DNA from: Alkalispirochaeta sp.
Lineage (GTDB): Bacteria; Spirochaetota; Spirochaetia; DSM-27196; Alkalispirochaetaceae
DNA length: 64,000 bases
NCBI GenBank assembly: GCA_965601925.1
Contig: OZ271854.1
Location: 1,568,001 to 1,632,000, forward strand
Direction: 5' to 3'
The first letter of the stretch is position 1. Each line of letters begins with the position of its first letter. Below the pieces are notes generated by a model that saw only the letters and a list, made by a program, of their open reading frames with translations, searched no databases and was not told where the DNA came from. Made by a program: the position numbers and the translations under genes. This document shows, one piece after another, positions 30,601 to 40,549 of the stretch.

Positions 30601-32164
30601 TGCGGCGATCGATGGTACCACGGAGGACGATGACGGCGACGAAGGAAATCACGCGACGACCCTCCATCGGTTCGTCGTCCAATGGTTGGATTACTACGGT
30701 CCCGTCTCGATATCGTGGATCGAGCGCACGGTGCCGGTCAGCGCCGATGCGTTGGATCGTGTCATAGACGATCTGACACACAGCGGGGCGCTCATTCTCG
30801 ATCGGATTACCACCGGAGCGACGGAGGACCAGCTTTGTTCACGAGAGAACCTCGAGCGGCTTCTGCGTATGCGGCGCGCTGCGGCCAGACCGTCCCTCGA
30901 GCCCTTGTCGCCGCAACGGTTTCAGCTCTTCTTAGCACACTACCAGGGGCTCGCGACGCGCGGCGACTCGTTGGAAGAGATGGAAGGGCGGCTCGAGCAG
31001 CTGTTCGGCTATCCGGCGCGCGCCGCACATTGGGAGAGTGAGCTATTGCCCGCGCGGGTCGACCCGTACTATCCGAGCTGGTTGGACCGCGCTATGGGCG
31101 AGAGCGAGCTGGTCTGGTTCGGTTGCGGCGTCAGGCGCGTCACATTCGCGTTCGAAAGCGATCTCGATCTCTTCCCCCAACCGCGGCGGCGGGAAGGTAA
31201 GGGCGAACCATCGTCCGAGTCCGGGGTCGAAATGAAAATCGAGGAGGTTCTGGCGCGCGGCGGCGTCTTCAATTTTCTCGATCTCGTTCGTGAGGCGGAA
31301 TGCAAGAGCGAAGAGGCGGCGTCTGCATTGTGGCGTCTCGTGTGGGTCGGGGCGGTGCGCAACGACGGGATCGAGGCGTTGCGCCGCGGTATTGCCACCA
31401 ATTTTGCCGCCGAGACGATCGCCGGGGTCGCCGAGAGGGATCGGCGCGGGCGATCGCGCGTGCCGAGCGGGCGGAGTTACAATCGCTGGAAGGCGACGCG
31501 CCCGATGAGCGGAAACTGGATCCACTTGGGAGCGGCGGACGAATCCGACGATCCGGTGGAGGAGAGCGAACTCATCAAGGATCGGATCAGGACGCTCTTT
31601 GCCCGCTACGGCGTTCTCTTTCGGGAGATTCTCAAGCACGAGCTGCCCGCCTTGCAATGGAGCCGACTCTTTCGCACCCTAAGGCTCATGGAACTCTCCG
31701 GCGAGATCACCACCGGCCACTTCGTCGAGGGCGTCGTTGGGTTGCAGTTCGTCTCCCATGCCGCGCTACGGCGCCTCGCAGACCCGCTTCCCGACGACAC
31801 GATCTATTGGATGAACGCCGCCGACCCCGCCTCGTTATGCGGAATCGATGTCGAGTCGGTCAAACGCGTGTTGCCCCATCGCCTCCCGACGACCCATCTC
31901 GTCTTTCACGGAGAGCGGGTGGTCGTAATATCGGAGAAGAGAGGGAAGGACGTTACCGTGTTCGCCCCTCCGGATTCACCGCGACTGACCGAGTACCTTG
32001 CTCTTTTCTCCTTTCTCCTCGCCCGACAAAGCGCGCCGCTCAAACGCGTCCGCACCGAAACGATCAACGGAGAGGCCGCGCGGGACTCGACGTACGCGGC
32101 GGCGTTCACCGAGTTCGGGTTCGTCGGCGACGGGCGCCATCTCACCCTGTGGAAACGATACTGA
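27668..32164 (+). CDS. lhr: Long-form Lhr ATP-dependent SF2 helicase (~1500 aa)
   Basis: APTGTGKT, YISPLKALNNDIERNL, DEIH, HHGSLS, ATSSLELGIDIG, QRIGRAGH; extended winged-helix C-terminal domain with AADPASL. Confidence 0.92.
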   Translation: MHGSPPFDLEHFHPIVAQWFAEEVGEPTPVQAEAWPLIATGEHCLISAPTGTGKTLAAFLIAVDAIIRGHEGRVLYISPLKALNNDIERNLQRPLSALRRRFSAAGEGFPEIRVGVRSGDTEQSERRRLVAHPPEILVTTPESLNLMLSSKSGLRGLAGFTTVILDEIHAVLSSKRGTYLMSGVERLVPLCGEFQRIALSATVRPMALVAEILGAFRLKHIGEEYEYVSRRVRTVDVHSTKRYEISVGFPEVGGNRRTPAEIVTPGEESDEWWNAITERLIRHIRVNRSTLIFANSRRMVEKIARLINESGEESVYAHHGSLSKEIRAVVEERLKAGELSAIVATSSLELGIDIGEIDEVVLVQAPFSIASTIQRIGRAGHGVGATSRATIFPIHSRDLIESAALTEAIGEGAIEDVDPPEKPLDVLSQIILSTALFDPVSIHDLFLQLRCIHAYRNLGRRELEIVVEMLAGRYADTRIKELNPRAIYDRTMGTIQARKNAAMLLYMSGGVIPDRGYFNLRIADSKVKIGELDEEFVWERSLGEAFPFSNRAWRITRITHNDVEVLPADRSNTIVPFWIADDISRPFVFSERIAGFLEKAEALLSEKRDLAGELERVHRMERFAAQSLYDYLSLQRSRTGSALPHRRHVLIERYHDPKGNVDSMQIVIHTIWGAAVNKPLAMCLSAVWNERFGYPLETFTNNDAVLLNAVSDYDETKLFQLLEGRDLARLLRESIEGGGVFGARFRENAQRALLLPRKRFSERMPLWINRLRSKKLLQATSRHEDFPIILETWRECMQSEFDLEQLIELLAEIRHGEIALSFVHTDTPSPFAASILWRQIEVLMYTDDAAAPDLRTSLSDELLREVLHSPHLRPEIPAELAEALRRKLQRVEADYAPDSAEELLAWVDERLYIPASEWRELLEAIERGGGDSYAIVAAVEHRLYRYQRDGEVIGVLAGERRAFFEEAVAGAVDRTPDDAAIDGTTEDDDGDEGNHATTLHRFVVQWLDYYGPVSISWIERTVPVSADALDRVIDDLTHSGALILDRITTGATEDQLCSRENLERLLRMRRAAARPSLEPLSPQRFQLFLAHYQGLATRGDSLEEMEGRLEQLFGYPARAAHWESELLPARVDPYYPSWLDRAMGESELVWFGCGVRRVTFAFESDLDLFPQPRRREGKGEPSSESGVEMKIEEVLARGGVFNFLDLVREAECKSEEAASALWRLVWVGAVRNDGIEALRRGIATNFAAETIAGVAERDRRGRSRVPSGRSYNRWKATRPMSGNWIHLGAADESDDPVEESELIKDRIRTLFARYGVLFREILKHELPALQWSRLFRTLRLMELSGEITTGHFVEGVVGLQFVSHAALRRLADPLPDDTIYWMNAADPASLCGIDVESVKRVLPHRLPTTHLVFHGERVVVISEKRGKDVTVFAPPDSPRLTEYLALFSFLLARQSAPLKRVRTETINGEAARDSTYAAAFTEFGFVGDGRHLTLWKRY

Positions 32165-32238
32165 TATCGATGGCCCGGTAGCCCTTGACCCCGACGGGGC
32201 GAAGATTGAATATACAAATAGATCGGGAGGAGCACACC

Positions 32239-33621
32239 ATGCGTAAGAGCTATGACGCCGTTCTCATCGGCACCGGGCAGGCGACGTATACCATCGCATC
32301 GGAGTTGGTAAAACGCGGCGAATCGGTGGCCGTTGCCGAGGGAGATCGCGTCGGCGGCACGTGTGTCAACTACGGCTGCACGCCGACCAAGACGATCGTC
32401 GCGAGCGCGCGGGCAGCGCACATGGCACGGCGGGGTGACGAACTCGGCGTGCGCGTCGGGAAGGTCGAGGTCGATTTCGCCCGCGTTATGGAGCGGCAAA
32501 ATGCGATCCGGAGCGGCAACAGTGACGGGTTACGATCCTACCTTGAGGAGCATTGCGATCTCTATCGTGATTATGCGTCGTTTGAGGGACCCAATAGCGT
32601 CCGTATCGGCGACGATGTGATCGAGGCCGAGCGGATTTACATTCACACCGGCTCGCGCGCCCGGGTTCCCGCCATTCCCGGTCTGGACACCGTTCCCTAT
32701 CTCGATAACGTTCGCGTACTCGATCTCACGCGGCTTCCCGACCATTTGGTCGTTCTCGGCGGAAGTTACATCGCCTTAGAGTTTGCTCAAGCGTTCCGGC
32801 GCCTCGGCAGTGAGGTGACCGTTCTCCAACGTAGCGAGCGTCTCGTGACGAGGGAGGATGAGGATGTCGCCCAGATAATCCGGGAGGTGTTGGAGCGCGA
32901 GGGCGTCCGGATAATGTGCGGTGTTGAGGTTGAGTCCGTCGCCCCGCGCAACGTTGGCGGAGCGTCACAGGGCATCGATGTCGCCGTTCGACGCGACGGC
33001 GAGCCTATGAGTGTATCCGGCTCTCACCTCCTTCTCGGTCTTGGGCGCGTACCCAACTCGGAAAGACTTAACCTTGACGCCGCGGGCGTGCGGACCGACG
33101 AGCGCGGCTTCATCCCGGTCAACGAGAAGCTGCAAACGAACGTTCCGCACATCTTCGCCGTCGGAGACATCAACGGCCGCGGCGCCTTTACCCACACCTC
33201 GGTCAACGACGGTGAGATCATCGTTCACAACCTCCGGGGCGAGTCGTGGACGGTGACCGATCGCCATCCGACGTATGCCCTCTTCGTCGATCCACCCCTG
33301 GGTCGTGTCGGCATGAATGAGATTACGGCTCGAAAGAGCGGACGCAGGGTCCTCATGGCGACCATGCCGATGTCCAGGGTCGCCCGGGCACGTGAAAAGG
33401 GCGAGACAGACGGTATTATAAAGATGATCGTCGACGCCGAGACGGACAGGATTCTGGGTGCGACGGTTCTCGGCGTCGGGGGCGACGAGGTGATCGCCAT
33501 GATATCGGCGTGGATGTACTCCGACCTTCCGTGTCTACGATACCGGCGATCGGTCCTGCCTCATCCGACCGTCGCCGAGCTTGTTCCATGGGTCTTGGAC
33601 GAGCTCAAACCACTGGAGTGA
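32239..33621 (+). CDS. Pyridine nucleotide-disulfide oxidoreductase (mercuric-reductase-like / RclA-like)
   Basis: GGTCVNYGCTPTK redox disulfide, GGSYIALEFAQ, HPTVAE. No C-terminal Cys-Cys, so not true MerA. Confidence 0.88.
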   Translation: MRKSYDAVLIGTGQATYTIASELVKRGESVAVAEGDRVGGTCVNYGCTPTKTIVASARAAHMARRGDELGVRVGKVEVDFARVMERQNAIRSGNSDGLRSYLEEHCDLYRDYASFEGPNSVRIGDDVIEAERIYIHTGSRARVPAIPGLDTVPYLDNVRVLDLTRLPDHLVVLGGSYIALEFAQAFRRLGSEVTVLQRSERLVTREDEDVAQIIREVLEREGVRIMCGVEVESVAPRNVGGASQGIDVAVRRDGEPMSVSGSHLLLGLGRVPNSERLNLDAAGVRTDERGFIPVNEKLQTNVPHIFAVGDINGRGAFTHTSVNDGEIIVHNLRGESWTVTDRHPTYALFVDPPLGRVGMNEITARKSGRRVLMATMPMSRVARAREKGETDGIIKMIVDAETDRILGATVLGVGGDEVIAMISAWMYSDLPCLRYRRSVLPHPTVAELVPWVLDELKPLE

Positions 33622-33666
33622 CGCGACCGCAAACCGCGTTGAAACGAGTCCTTCCCGGATACGGCG

Positions 33667-34278
33667 TCACGGACGGAGAGATCGGAGAATCCACCCTTCG
33701 CAAAAGGTGACGCCCTCTTTTACGAGGTCGAACTCCTCGGCGCTGGAGATACACCAATCGAGGAACATGCCGCGCATCGAGCGGTTGAAGAAGATCGCCA
33801 ACCGTTCCGCGTCGACGTCTCGGCGAAACTCTCCCGCCTCCTGGCCTTGTGCGATAATACCGCGAATCAGGTGGTGCCAGAAGCGGCCGCGGTTGGTGAT
33901 GACCTTTTCCGAGCCCGGCTCGAAGGTCTGATTTGCGTACAGAACTTTGAGATGTTCGATGCCGACAACGTCACGAACGTAGCGCAGTTGGGCGCGTGTA
34001 AATGCGAGTAACTGCTCGGCCGCGGTTTTGTATCGCCTGAGGTTACGCGAATATTTCTTGTAGTATCCGTCGATTTTCCAGAACTCGTCGACGATGATGT
34101 CGCTCTTGGATTTGAAGTAGGTATAAAAACTTCCGCGGGCTACACCGGCGGCGGTGGTGATATCTTCGATGGTCACCGCGGCGAAGCCCCGTTCCTGAAA
34201 GAGATCAAGTGCACGCTCTACGATTGCCGATTTCGTCTGCAGTGCCTGGCGTTGACGTTTGGATAGCGGAGAACTCAT
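33667..34278 (-). CDS. TetR/AcrR family regulator at the end of the lactate operon
   Basis: LFQERGFAAVTIEDITTAAGVARGSFYTYFKSK HTH. Confidence 0.92.
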   Translation of the reverse strand: MSSPLSKRQRQALQTKSAIVERALDLFQERGFAAVTIEDITTAAGVARGSFYTYFKSKSDIIVDEFWKIDGYYKKYSRNLRRYKTAAEQLLAFTRAQLRYVRDVVGIEHLKVLYANQTFEPGSEKVITNRGRFWHHLIRGIIAQGQEAGEFRRDVDAERLAIFFNRSMRGMFLDWCISSAEEFDLVKEGVTFCEGWILRSLRP

Positions 34279-34378
34279 GGCGAATACGCGTCCGTAGTGC
34301 CGCTTGAGAATACCATCTGTTGAGTCTCGCGACAAGACGCCGTCGGAACCCTCGCCGGAGCGCGATGTCGATCGTCGC

Positions 34379-35806
34379 CTACGTGGCGGGAAAGATCACC
34401 CCCGGATTCAGCACGTTGTTGGGATCCAAGGCGCGCTTTATCGCGCGCATCGTCTCCTCTTCCGACGGAGAGAGCGCAACGGAGAGGTGGTTCACCCGCT
34501 TGCGACCGATCCCGTGCTCGCCGCTAATCGTACCACCAAGGCGCACTACCTCCTCGTACAGATCGCCGAGGAGACGATGTGCCGTCTCGTCCCACTCGTC
34601 GGGAGTCATGGCATCACCCTTCATCGGTGTCACGTGGAAGTTGCCGTCCCCGGCGTGCCCGAAAACGGCAATCGGCACGGAGTATTCTCCTCGAAGGCGA
34701 CCTACATAGGAGACGAGATCCGGTACGGTCGCCGGCGGCACCACAACGTCCTCCAGAGAGTGCCACTGTCCGGCGGTTCTTTTTACCCACCACGCTACCT
34801 GTTTTCGGAGCCGCCACGACCGTTCTATCGCCTCGGCGTCCGTCCCCGATGCGTCGACGATGCCCCCTTGGGCGGCGACGAGATGCGTGGCCGCGGTCAG
34901 GAGTCGGTTAACCGTCTCGGCGTCGGGTCCGTCGAACTCCACGAGCAGGAACGCCTCGGCGTCGTCCGGGAGTTGCGACCGGTCTCGTGCCGGCAAACTC
35001 TCGTTCGTGCGACGCGCCGTCTCACCGTCGATGAATTCGATCGCCGAGGGTCCGTCGGCGAGGCGCCGCTTGAGATCGACGATACAGCTGGTTGCCGCCT
35101 CGGGGGTCGGAAAGGCGCCGAAGAAGACACCGCGCGCCGCAGGTCGCGGAATCACGCGAATGGTCAGCTCGGTGAATAGCCCGAGTGTCCCCTCGGAGCC
35201 GATGAAGAGTTGTAGGAGGTTGTAGCCCGTGACGTCTTTGAGGCGCTTGCCGCCCAGGCGGAGCACCTCACCCGTGGGTGTGACCACCTCCGCGCCGATC
35301 ACGTAGGTGGAGGTCGTACCGTATTTGACGGCCCGTCCGCCGCCTGCGTTCTCCGCCACGTTGCCGCCGACGTAGCAGATGTCCTCGCTCATCGGGTAAC
35401 CGGCAAAGAAGAGATCGTACGCTTTGAGCGCTTCGTCCAACGCGTTGGTGACCACCCCCGGTTCTACGACCACCATGAAGTTGTCGGCGTCGATCTCTTT
35501 GACGCGATTCATCTTCTCGAAGCTGCACACGACACCGTCGGCGACCGGTATCGCCGCGCCCGCCAGCCCGCTGCCGGCGCCCCGAGGGGTGATCGGCGTA
35601 CCGGTCTCGTTGGCCCACCTCATGAGGGCGACCACCTGCTCGGTCCTCGAGGGAAAGACGACCGCCGCCGGGTCACACCAGTACCGCTCGTCGCCGACTT
35701 GATCGTGGGAGTACTTCGCAAAGGCTTTGCGTTTACTCTCGGGGACGTTCGCGCCTATGAGGATATCCTCACCGAAAACGGTCTGGAGGTGTGCGAAAGA
35801 TGTCAT
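34379..35806 (-). CDS. FAD-linked 2-hydroxyacid dehydrogenase (GlcD/LctD family), paralogue 2
   Basis: PRGAGSGLAG, NAGGGRAVKYG, GSEGTLG, GHAGDGNFH, GEHGIG; AGGAGG RBS. Confidence 0.9.
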   Translation of the reverse strand: MTSFAHLQTVFGEDILIGANVPESKRKAFAKYSHDQVGDERYWCDPAAVVFPSRTEQVVALMRWANETGTPITPRGAGSGLAGAAIPVADGVVCSFEKMNRVKEIDADNFMVVVEPGVVTNALDEALKAYDLFFAGYPMSEDICYVGGNVAENAGGGRAVKYGTTSTYVIGAEVVTPTGEVLRLGGKRLKDVTGYNLLQLFIGSEGTLGLFTELTIRVIPRPAARGVFFGAFPTPEAATSCIVDLKRRLADGPSAIEFIDGETARRTNESLPARDRSQLPDDAEAFLLVEFDGPDAETVNRLLTAATHLVAAQGGIVDASGTDAEAIERSWRLRKQVAWWVKRTAGQWHSLEDVVVPPATVPDLVSYVGRLRGEYSVPIAVFGHAGDGNFHVTPMKGDAMTPDEWDETAHRLLGDLYEEVVRLGGTISGEHGIGRKRVNHLSVALSPSEEETMRAIKRALDPNNVLNPGVIFPAT

Positions 35807-35872
35807 GTCCTCCTCCTTTGTCGATTCAGGCATTTTCAAAAAACGGTATTCTTTAAAAATGTCTCAATTCAC

Positions 35873-37150
35873 TTATTTCAAACGAAGAACAAGGTGCGGA
35901 CCGTCGGGAATCACCGCCCATATCGCGTCTTGTCCCTCTTTTTTGAGCATCTGTTCGACGGTGTCCGAGATTGAATGTATGGGACGGAGTCCGTATTTTC
36001 GCTGTTCATCGTCGGATACTCCGTCGGAGTAGAGATAAATGTCGTGGTCTCTCATCCATTTGTATATCTCTTGGGCGCACCACTGGTCGGGGTAAAAGAA
36101 CTCGTGATTCAGTGCTCGCTGTATCCACTCCGCGGGCGTAGTGAACTCATCGAGGCTCCTCACAAACTCGTCGCTGCCGAGCCCCTCGGTACAGTGCGAC
36201 GCGACGAGTATCGCTCCGCCCTCTTTAACGACCGGGGCGACACCGGCGATGCCTTTTGCCGTTTGATACAAGTTAACGTCCAAAGGAAACCCGGCCGTCG
36301 TGGTGACGACGAAATCGAGCGGTTTATCCAAGTAGGTGGTGCTGAACGGTTCCAGCGCGGAACAACCGTGGAGATGTGCCGTCACGGGATGGCCCGAGTA
36401 GACACCGGTGACTCTTTTGGATGTGTCGAGGGTGACGTTCACGATGAAGTCGGCGCCGACGGACTCCATGATCATAAGGGCCGCCTCGTGAAACGGGTTT
36501 CCCGCCAGCTTTCCGTATACGACGTTCGGATCGTCGATCATCTCGGGGCCGTGCATGAACTCAACGGTACGGACGCTTGAGATTCCCGGCAGAATCGCCT
36601 TTCGTCCGCCGGAGTATCCCGCCCACATGTGGGGCTCTATGAATCCGGTGAGTATCTTGAGATCCGACTCCACGTAGCGCCGATTCACGTAGACGGGCGT
36701 CTCGTTCATTATCGTGCCGACACGTACCATAGCATCGTCGCGTTTCGCATAGTGATTTTCGATCCGATACGTCGAGGCGATCTCCTCTCCTACCAAATAG
36801 GTCAACTCACCGTCCACGTTGGGACGATGGATGCCGGTAGCGATGAGAATCGTGACGGACTCCGGCGGAAGCCCGGCGGTGTGCAGGGCATCGAGGATCG
36901 GCGGTAGGAGCAGCGTGTTCGGGACCGGTCGCGTCACGTCGCTGATGACGATAACGGCGTTCTTTCTTCCCGTTGCGATCCGTCGCAACGGCTCCGCATC
37001 GATCGGGTGCGCTAAGCTTTCGACGACGGCTCGCTCCGGATCGATAAGCGAGGGCTGTTTTCTCGGCTCCAACACACCGAGAAAGTTCGGTGTGTCGGGT
37101 AATCGGACCGCAAGGCCCTCTGTGTGGTACTTCAAGGTGACTTCAGCCAT
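35873..37150 (-). CDS. larA: Nickel-pincer-dependent lactate racemase family protein
   Basis: ISDVTRPVP, IATGIHRP, IEPHMWAGYSGGRKAILPG, PLDVNLYQTAKG. Confidence 0.9.
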   Translation of the reverse strand: MAEVTLKYHTEGLAVRLPDTPNFLGVLEPRKQPSLIDPERAVVESLAHPIDAEPLRRIATGRKNAVIVISDVTRPVPNTLLLPPILDALHTAGLPPESVTILIATGIHRPNVDGELTYLVGEEIASTYRIENHYAKRDDAMVRVGTIMNETPVYVNRRYVESDLKILTGFIEPHMWAGYSGGRKAILPGISSVRTVEFMHGPEMIDDPNVVYGKLAGNPFHEAALMIMESVGADFIVNVTLDTSKRVTGVYSGHPVTAHLHGCSALEPFSTTYLDKPLDFVVTTTAGFPLDVNLYQTAKGIAGVAPVVKEGGAILVASHCTEGLGSDEFVRSLDEFTTPAEWIQRALNHEFFYPDQWCAQEIYKWMRDHDIYLYSDGVSDDEQRKYGLRPIHSISDTVEQMLKKEGQDAIWAVIPDGPHLVLRLK

Positions 37151-37227
37151 CTTCTCGCTCCTGTGGCCCCGCCGTGGCGTGCAAGCTCTTTGCGCAGGTC
37201 CGAAGTTCCGAGTGAACCCTCTATCGA

Positions 37228-38676
37228 CTATCCGCCGTCCCCATCGAATATCTTGCCGGGATTCATGATTTGGTTCGGATCCCAGGCGCGTTTGATTCCG
37301 CGCATCAGCTGCAGCTCTACCGGGTCGATGAGATCGTTCAGGTATTTCTTCCGCTTTACGCCGATACCGTGTTCGCCGCTTATCTTGCCACCCAAAGCGT
37401 GCGTAACCTTGTACAACTCCCGGAGCGCCAGATCCTCGTTTGTATGCCATTGGTCGTCGCTCATCTGTGGGTCTTTGACCAGCGTTGCGTGGAGATTCCC
37501 GTCCCCGGCGTGGCCGTAACACGGAATCTTCATGCCGTACTTCGAGCTGATCCGGTCGAGCTCAGGGATCACTTCCGGTATGCTCGCCATCGGAACGACG
37601 ATATCTTCGAGGCTCTGAATCGGACTGTATACTTTGAACGCCTCGGCGATGTTGCGCCGGACGCTCCATATCCGCTCCATCGTGTTGTGGTCCTCCGCAA
37701 CGTAGACCTCCATCGCCCCGTGCTCCTCGCACAAGTCGCCTATCGCGATCAAGTCCGACTCTACTTGTTGCGCGTCGTTGCCGTCGACCTCGATCAGAAG
37801 CATCGCGCCCGCCTCCTGGTACGGCAGCGACTCGTTGAGATAGCGACAGCTCGTTTGAACCGAAAGTTGATCCATGAACTCGATACTCGTCGGCGTCAAT
37901 CCGCGTGCCATCAGCACCGGCACGACGTCGATCGCCTCCCGCGGCGTCTTGAAGAGCACCAGGAGGTCGCTCACGGCTCTCGGATAGCCGATCAGGCGGA
38001 CGATCGCCTTGGTCACGATACCGAGTGTCCCCTCGGATCCCACGACCAGTTGCTTGAGGTCGTAACCCGAGACGTCCTTGGCCAACTTTCCGCCGAGCCA
38101 GACGACGTCTCCCGTCGGGGTGACCAGCTCTATGCCCATGATGTAGCGACCCGTAACGCCGTACTTAACCGCCTTACCGCCGCCGGCGTTCTCGGCGATG
38201 TTGCCTCCTAAGAAACAGGTCTGAAGACTCATCGGATACCCGGCAAAGAAGAGTCCCTTCTCCTGCACCATCGTCGCGAGGTCGTTGGTAACGATGCCCG
38301 CCTCAACCACGATTACCATGTTGTCCATGTCCAACTCGATGACGCGGTTCATCTTTTCTACGGAGAGCAATATCCCTCCGTGGGAGGGTATCGCTCCTCC
38401 GGAGAGGCCGCTGCCCGCGCCGCGCGGTGTGATGGGGATCGTCTCGCGATTGGCGAGCTTGACGACCTCGGCGACCTGTTCGGTCGTGGTCGGAAGCACT
38501 ACCACCTCGGGCATGTGGCCGTACTCCTCGGCGCTGGTTTCGTCGTGAGAGTACGCCTCCATCTTTTCCTCGTCGACGAGTACGTTTTTGTCTCCCACGA
38601 TGCGCCGTAACGCGTCGACGATCTCCGACGTCACGGGGCGGTACCGTGTCTTCTTCACCGTTGCGGTCTTCATCAC
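37228..38676 (-). CDS. FAD-linked D-lactate dehydrogenase (LctD/GlcD family), paralogue 1
   Basis: YSHDE, PRGAGSGLSGG, NAGGGKAVKYG, GHAGDGNLH, GEHGIG; start overlaps the etfA stop. Confidence 0.9.
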   Translation of the reverse strand: MMKTATVKKTRYRPVTSEIVDALRRIVGDKNVLVDEEKMEAYSHDETSAEEYGHMPEVVVLPTTTEQVAEVVKLANRETIPITPRGAGSGLSGGAIPSHGGILLSVEKMNRVIELDMDNMVIVVEAGIVTNDLATMVQEKGLFFAGYPMSLQTCFLGGNIAENAGGGKAVKYGVTGRYIMGIELVTPTGDVVWLGGKLAKDVSGYDLKQLVVGSEGTLGIVTKAIVRLIGYPRAVSDLLVLFKTPREAIDVVPVLMARGLTPTSIEFMDQLSVQTSCRYLNESLPYQEAGAMLLIEVDGNDAQQVESDLIAIGDLCEEHGAMEVYVAEDHNTMERIWSVRRNIAEAFKVYSPIQSLEDIVVPMASIPEVIPELDRISSKYGMKIPCYGHAGDGNLHATLVKDPQMSDDQWHTNEDLALRELYKVTHALGGKISGEHGIGVKRKKYLNDLIDPVELQLMRGIKRAWDPNQIMNPGKIFDGDGG

Positions 38677-39668
38677 GTCTCTCCCTTCCCGTTGAGTCGA
38701 CGGCTGATCTCCGGAATCACCTCGAAAAGGTCGCCGACGATTGCGAAGTCGGCGACGCGGTGGATATTGGCCTCCGGATCGCTATTGATCGATACGATGG
38801 TTTCGCTCGTCTTGATGCCGGCGAGGTGTTGGATCGACCCGGAAATCCCCGCCGAGATATAGAGTTTGGGCGAAATCGTCTTTCCGCTGAGCCCGATCTG
38901 ATGGGGATAGCCGATCCATCCCCGATCGACCGCGTCTCGACTCGCACCGACGACGCCTTCCAACTGCTCGGCCAGGACACGGAGCATCGCGAAGTTGTCA
39001 CCCCGCTTCATGCCCTTGCCGCCGGCGACGACGACGTCCGCCTCCTCGATGTTGACGAAGTCCTCGGCGTCCGTCCGGTACCCGACGACGAGCACTCGAC
39101 CGTCGAGCATCGCGTCGTCAACGGGAACCTCGATGACCTTTCCGACCCGCGTCTCGTCGGCGGGCAACGGTCTACTGGACTTAGGGCGGACGGTCGCCAT
39201 CTGCGGGCGGTGGTTAGGCGTCTTGATGGTCGCCATGATGTTGCCGCCGATGGCGGGACGCGTCTGCAACAAGTTGCCGGTCCCCTCCTCGATATCGAGC
39301 TCAGTGCAGTCCGCGGTCAGACCGGCATTAACCTGGATCGCGACGTAGGGCATCACCGTTCGTCCCGTCGACGTTGCCGCGGCGAGGATGATGCTCGGAC
39401 GGTACTGTTTTATGAGTGCGCTCAGAACGCCGGAATAGTTTTCACACACGAAATGCGCCAGACGCGCATCGCGGACGTAGTACACTTCGTCCGCTCCGCG
39501 CCGGATAAGCTCTTGGAGGCTCTCCTCCTCGACGTCGTCGCCGATGACGACCGATGCGAGTTTGGTTTCAAGCTTGTCCGCGAGCGCGCGACCGCGCGAC
39601 AAAAGCTCGAAGGACACCGCCTTAAGGGCGCCCCCGTATTGCTCGGCTAAGGTCCATACAAAACTCAT
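38673..39668 (-). CDS. etfA: Electron transfer flavoprotein alpha subunit
   Basis: GLTADCTEL, QTRPAIGGNIMATI, QIGLSGKTISPKLY, GISGSIQHLAG. Confidence 0.95.
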   Translation of the reverse strand: MSFVWTLAEQYGGALKAVSFELLSRGRALADKLETKLASVVIGDDVEEESLQELIRRGADEVYYVRDARLAHFVCENYSGVLSALIKQYRPSIILAAATSTGRTVMPYVAIQVNAGLTADCTELDIEEGTGNLLQTRPAIGGNIMATIKTPNHRPQMATVRPKSSRPLPADETRVGKVIEVPVDDAMLDGRVLVVGYRTDAEDFVNIEEADVVVAGGKGMKRGDNFAMLRVLAEQLEGVVGASRDAVDRGWIGYPHQIGLSGKTISPKLYISAGISGSIQHLAGIKTSETIVSINSDPEANIHRVADFAIVGDLFEVIPEISRRLNGKGET

Positions 39669-39680
39669 GTCAGTTCTCTC

Positions 39681-40478
39681 CTACACCAGTTCTTTCGTGT
39701 TCAAGAACTTGAACAGCTCGTCGACCGCACGCTCGACACCCTGCTCGTCGGCCGCCGTAACGACGTGACCGCCTCTGGTCACCCGGGGTGTATCGATCTT
39801 GACCACCCTCGTGGGTGATCCTTTGAGACCCAGAGCGGCCGGATCGAGATCCATGTTCTCTGAGTTGAGAAGGGGAATCTCCATGGTCCTGGCGCGTTTC
39901 TTTCCGCGCAGCGTGGGGAGTCGCGGTGCGGCGATCTCCTTCACAACGGTGATGAGCGCGGGGGTCGGCAGACGCAGAATCTGGTAACCCTCCTCCACCA
40001 ACCGCTCAACCGTCATCTTCCCGGAGCCGATACCCTCGATCTTCGCGACGTACGTCGCGAGAGGAAGGCCCAACCACGCCGCGATGCCGGGACCGACTTG
40101 TGCCGTGTCGCCGTCGGTCGCCCGCTCGCCGGCGATGATCAGGTCGACGTCGCCGAGCGTCTTTATCGCCTGGGCCAATGTATAGCTCGTCGCCCACGTG
40201 TCCGCCCCGCCGAATCTTCGATCGGAGATCAAGACTGCGTCGTCGCAGCCCATAGCGACCGCCTCGCGCAGCGCCTTCTCCGCCGGAGGCGGTCCCATCG
40301 TAATCGCCGTTACGTGACCGGAATGCTCTTCCTTGATGCGCAACGCCGTCTCTATCGCGTAAAGGTCGAGGGGGTTTACGACCGTTTCAACACCGCTACG
40401 GATCATCGTACCCGTCTCGGGATCCATCTTCACATTACTCGTTTCCGGCACTTGCTTAATCGGAACGATTATCTTCAC
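39681..40478 (-). CDS. etfB: Electron transfer flavoprotein beta subunit
   Basis: IKQVPET, TMGPP, FGGADTWATSY, ATDGDTAQVGPG, GLKGSPTRV. Confidence 0.95.
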   Translation of the reverse strand: MKIIVPIKQVPETSNVKMDPETGTMIRSGVETVVNPLDLYAIETALRIKEEHSGHVTAITMGPPPAEKALREAVAMGCDDAVLISDRRFGGADTWATSYTLAQAIKTLGDVDLIIAGERATDGDTAQVGPGIAAWLGLPLATYVAKIEGIGSGKMTVERLVEEGYQILRLPTPALITVVKEIAAPRLPTLRGKKRARTMEIPLLNSENMDLDPAALGLKGSPTRVVKIDTPRVTRGGHVVTAADEQGVERAVDELFKFLNTKELV

Positions 40479-40549
40479 TCGTCTCTCCTCTCTCTGCATC
40501 GGCCGCCGCGCCCGCGTGGTCGCGGGCGGGCATAGCCGTCCTTACCCGG

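Noticed and set aside
32239..33621. Mercuric reductase merA
   Set aside because: Lacks the N-terminal HMA domain and C-terminal Cys-Cys; no mer genes nearby.
35873..37522. Long N-terminal extensions in the ORF track (larA, lplA, dciA, pth, deoD, parB)
   Set aside because: They overlap neighbouring genes and are low-complexity. Downstream starts match the family N-termini, and most have an RBS.
40509..40528. GC hairpin between lctP and etfB as a terminator
   Set aside because: No U-tract and it is internal to the operon; at most an mRNA stability element.
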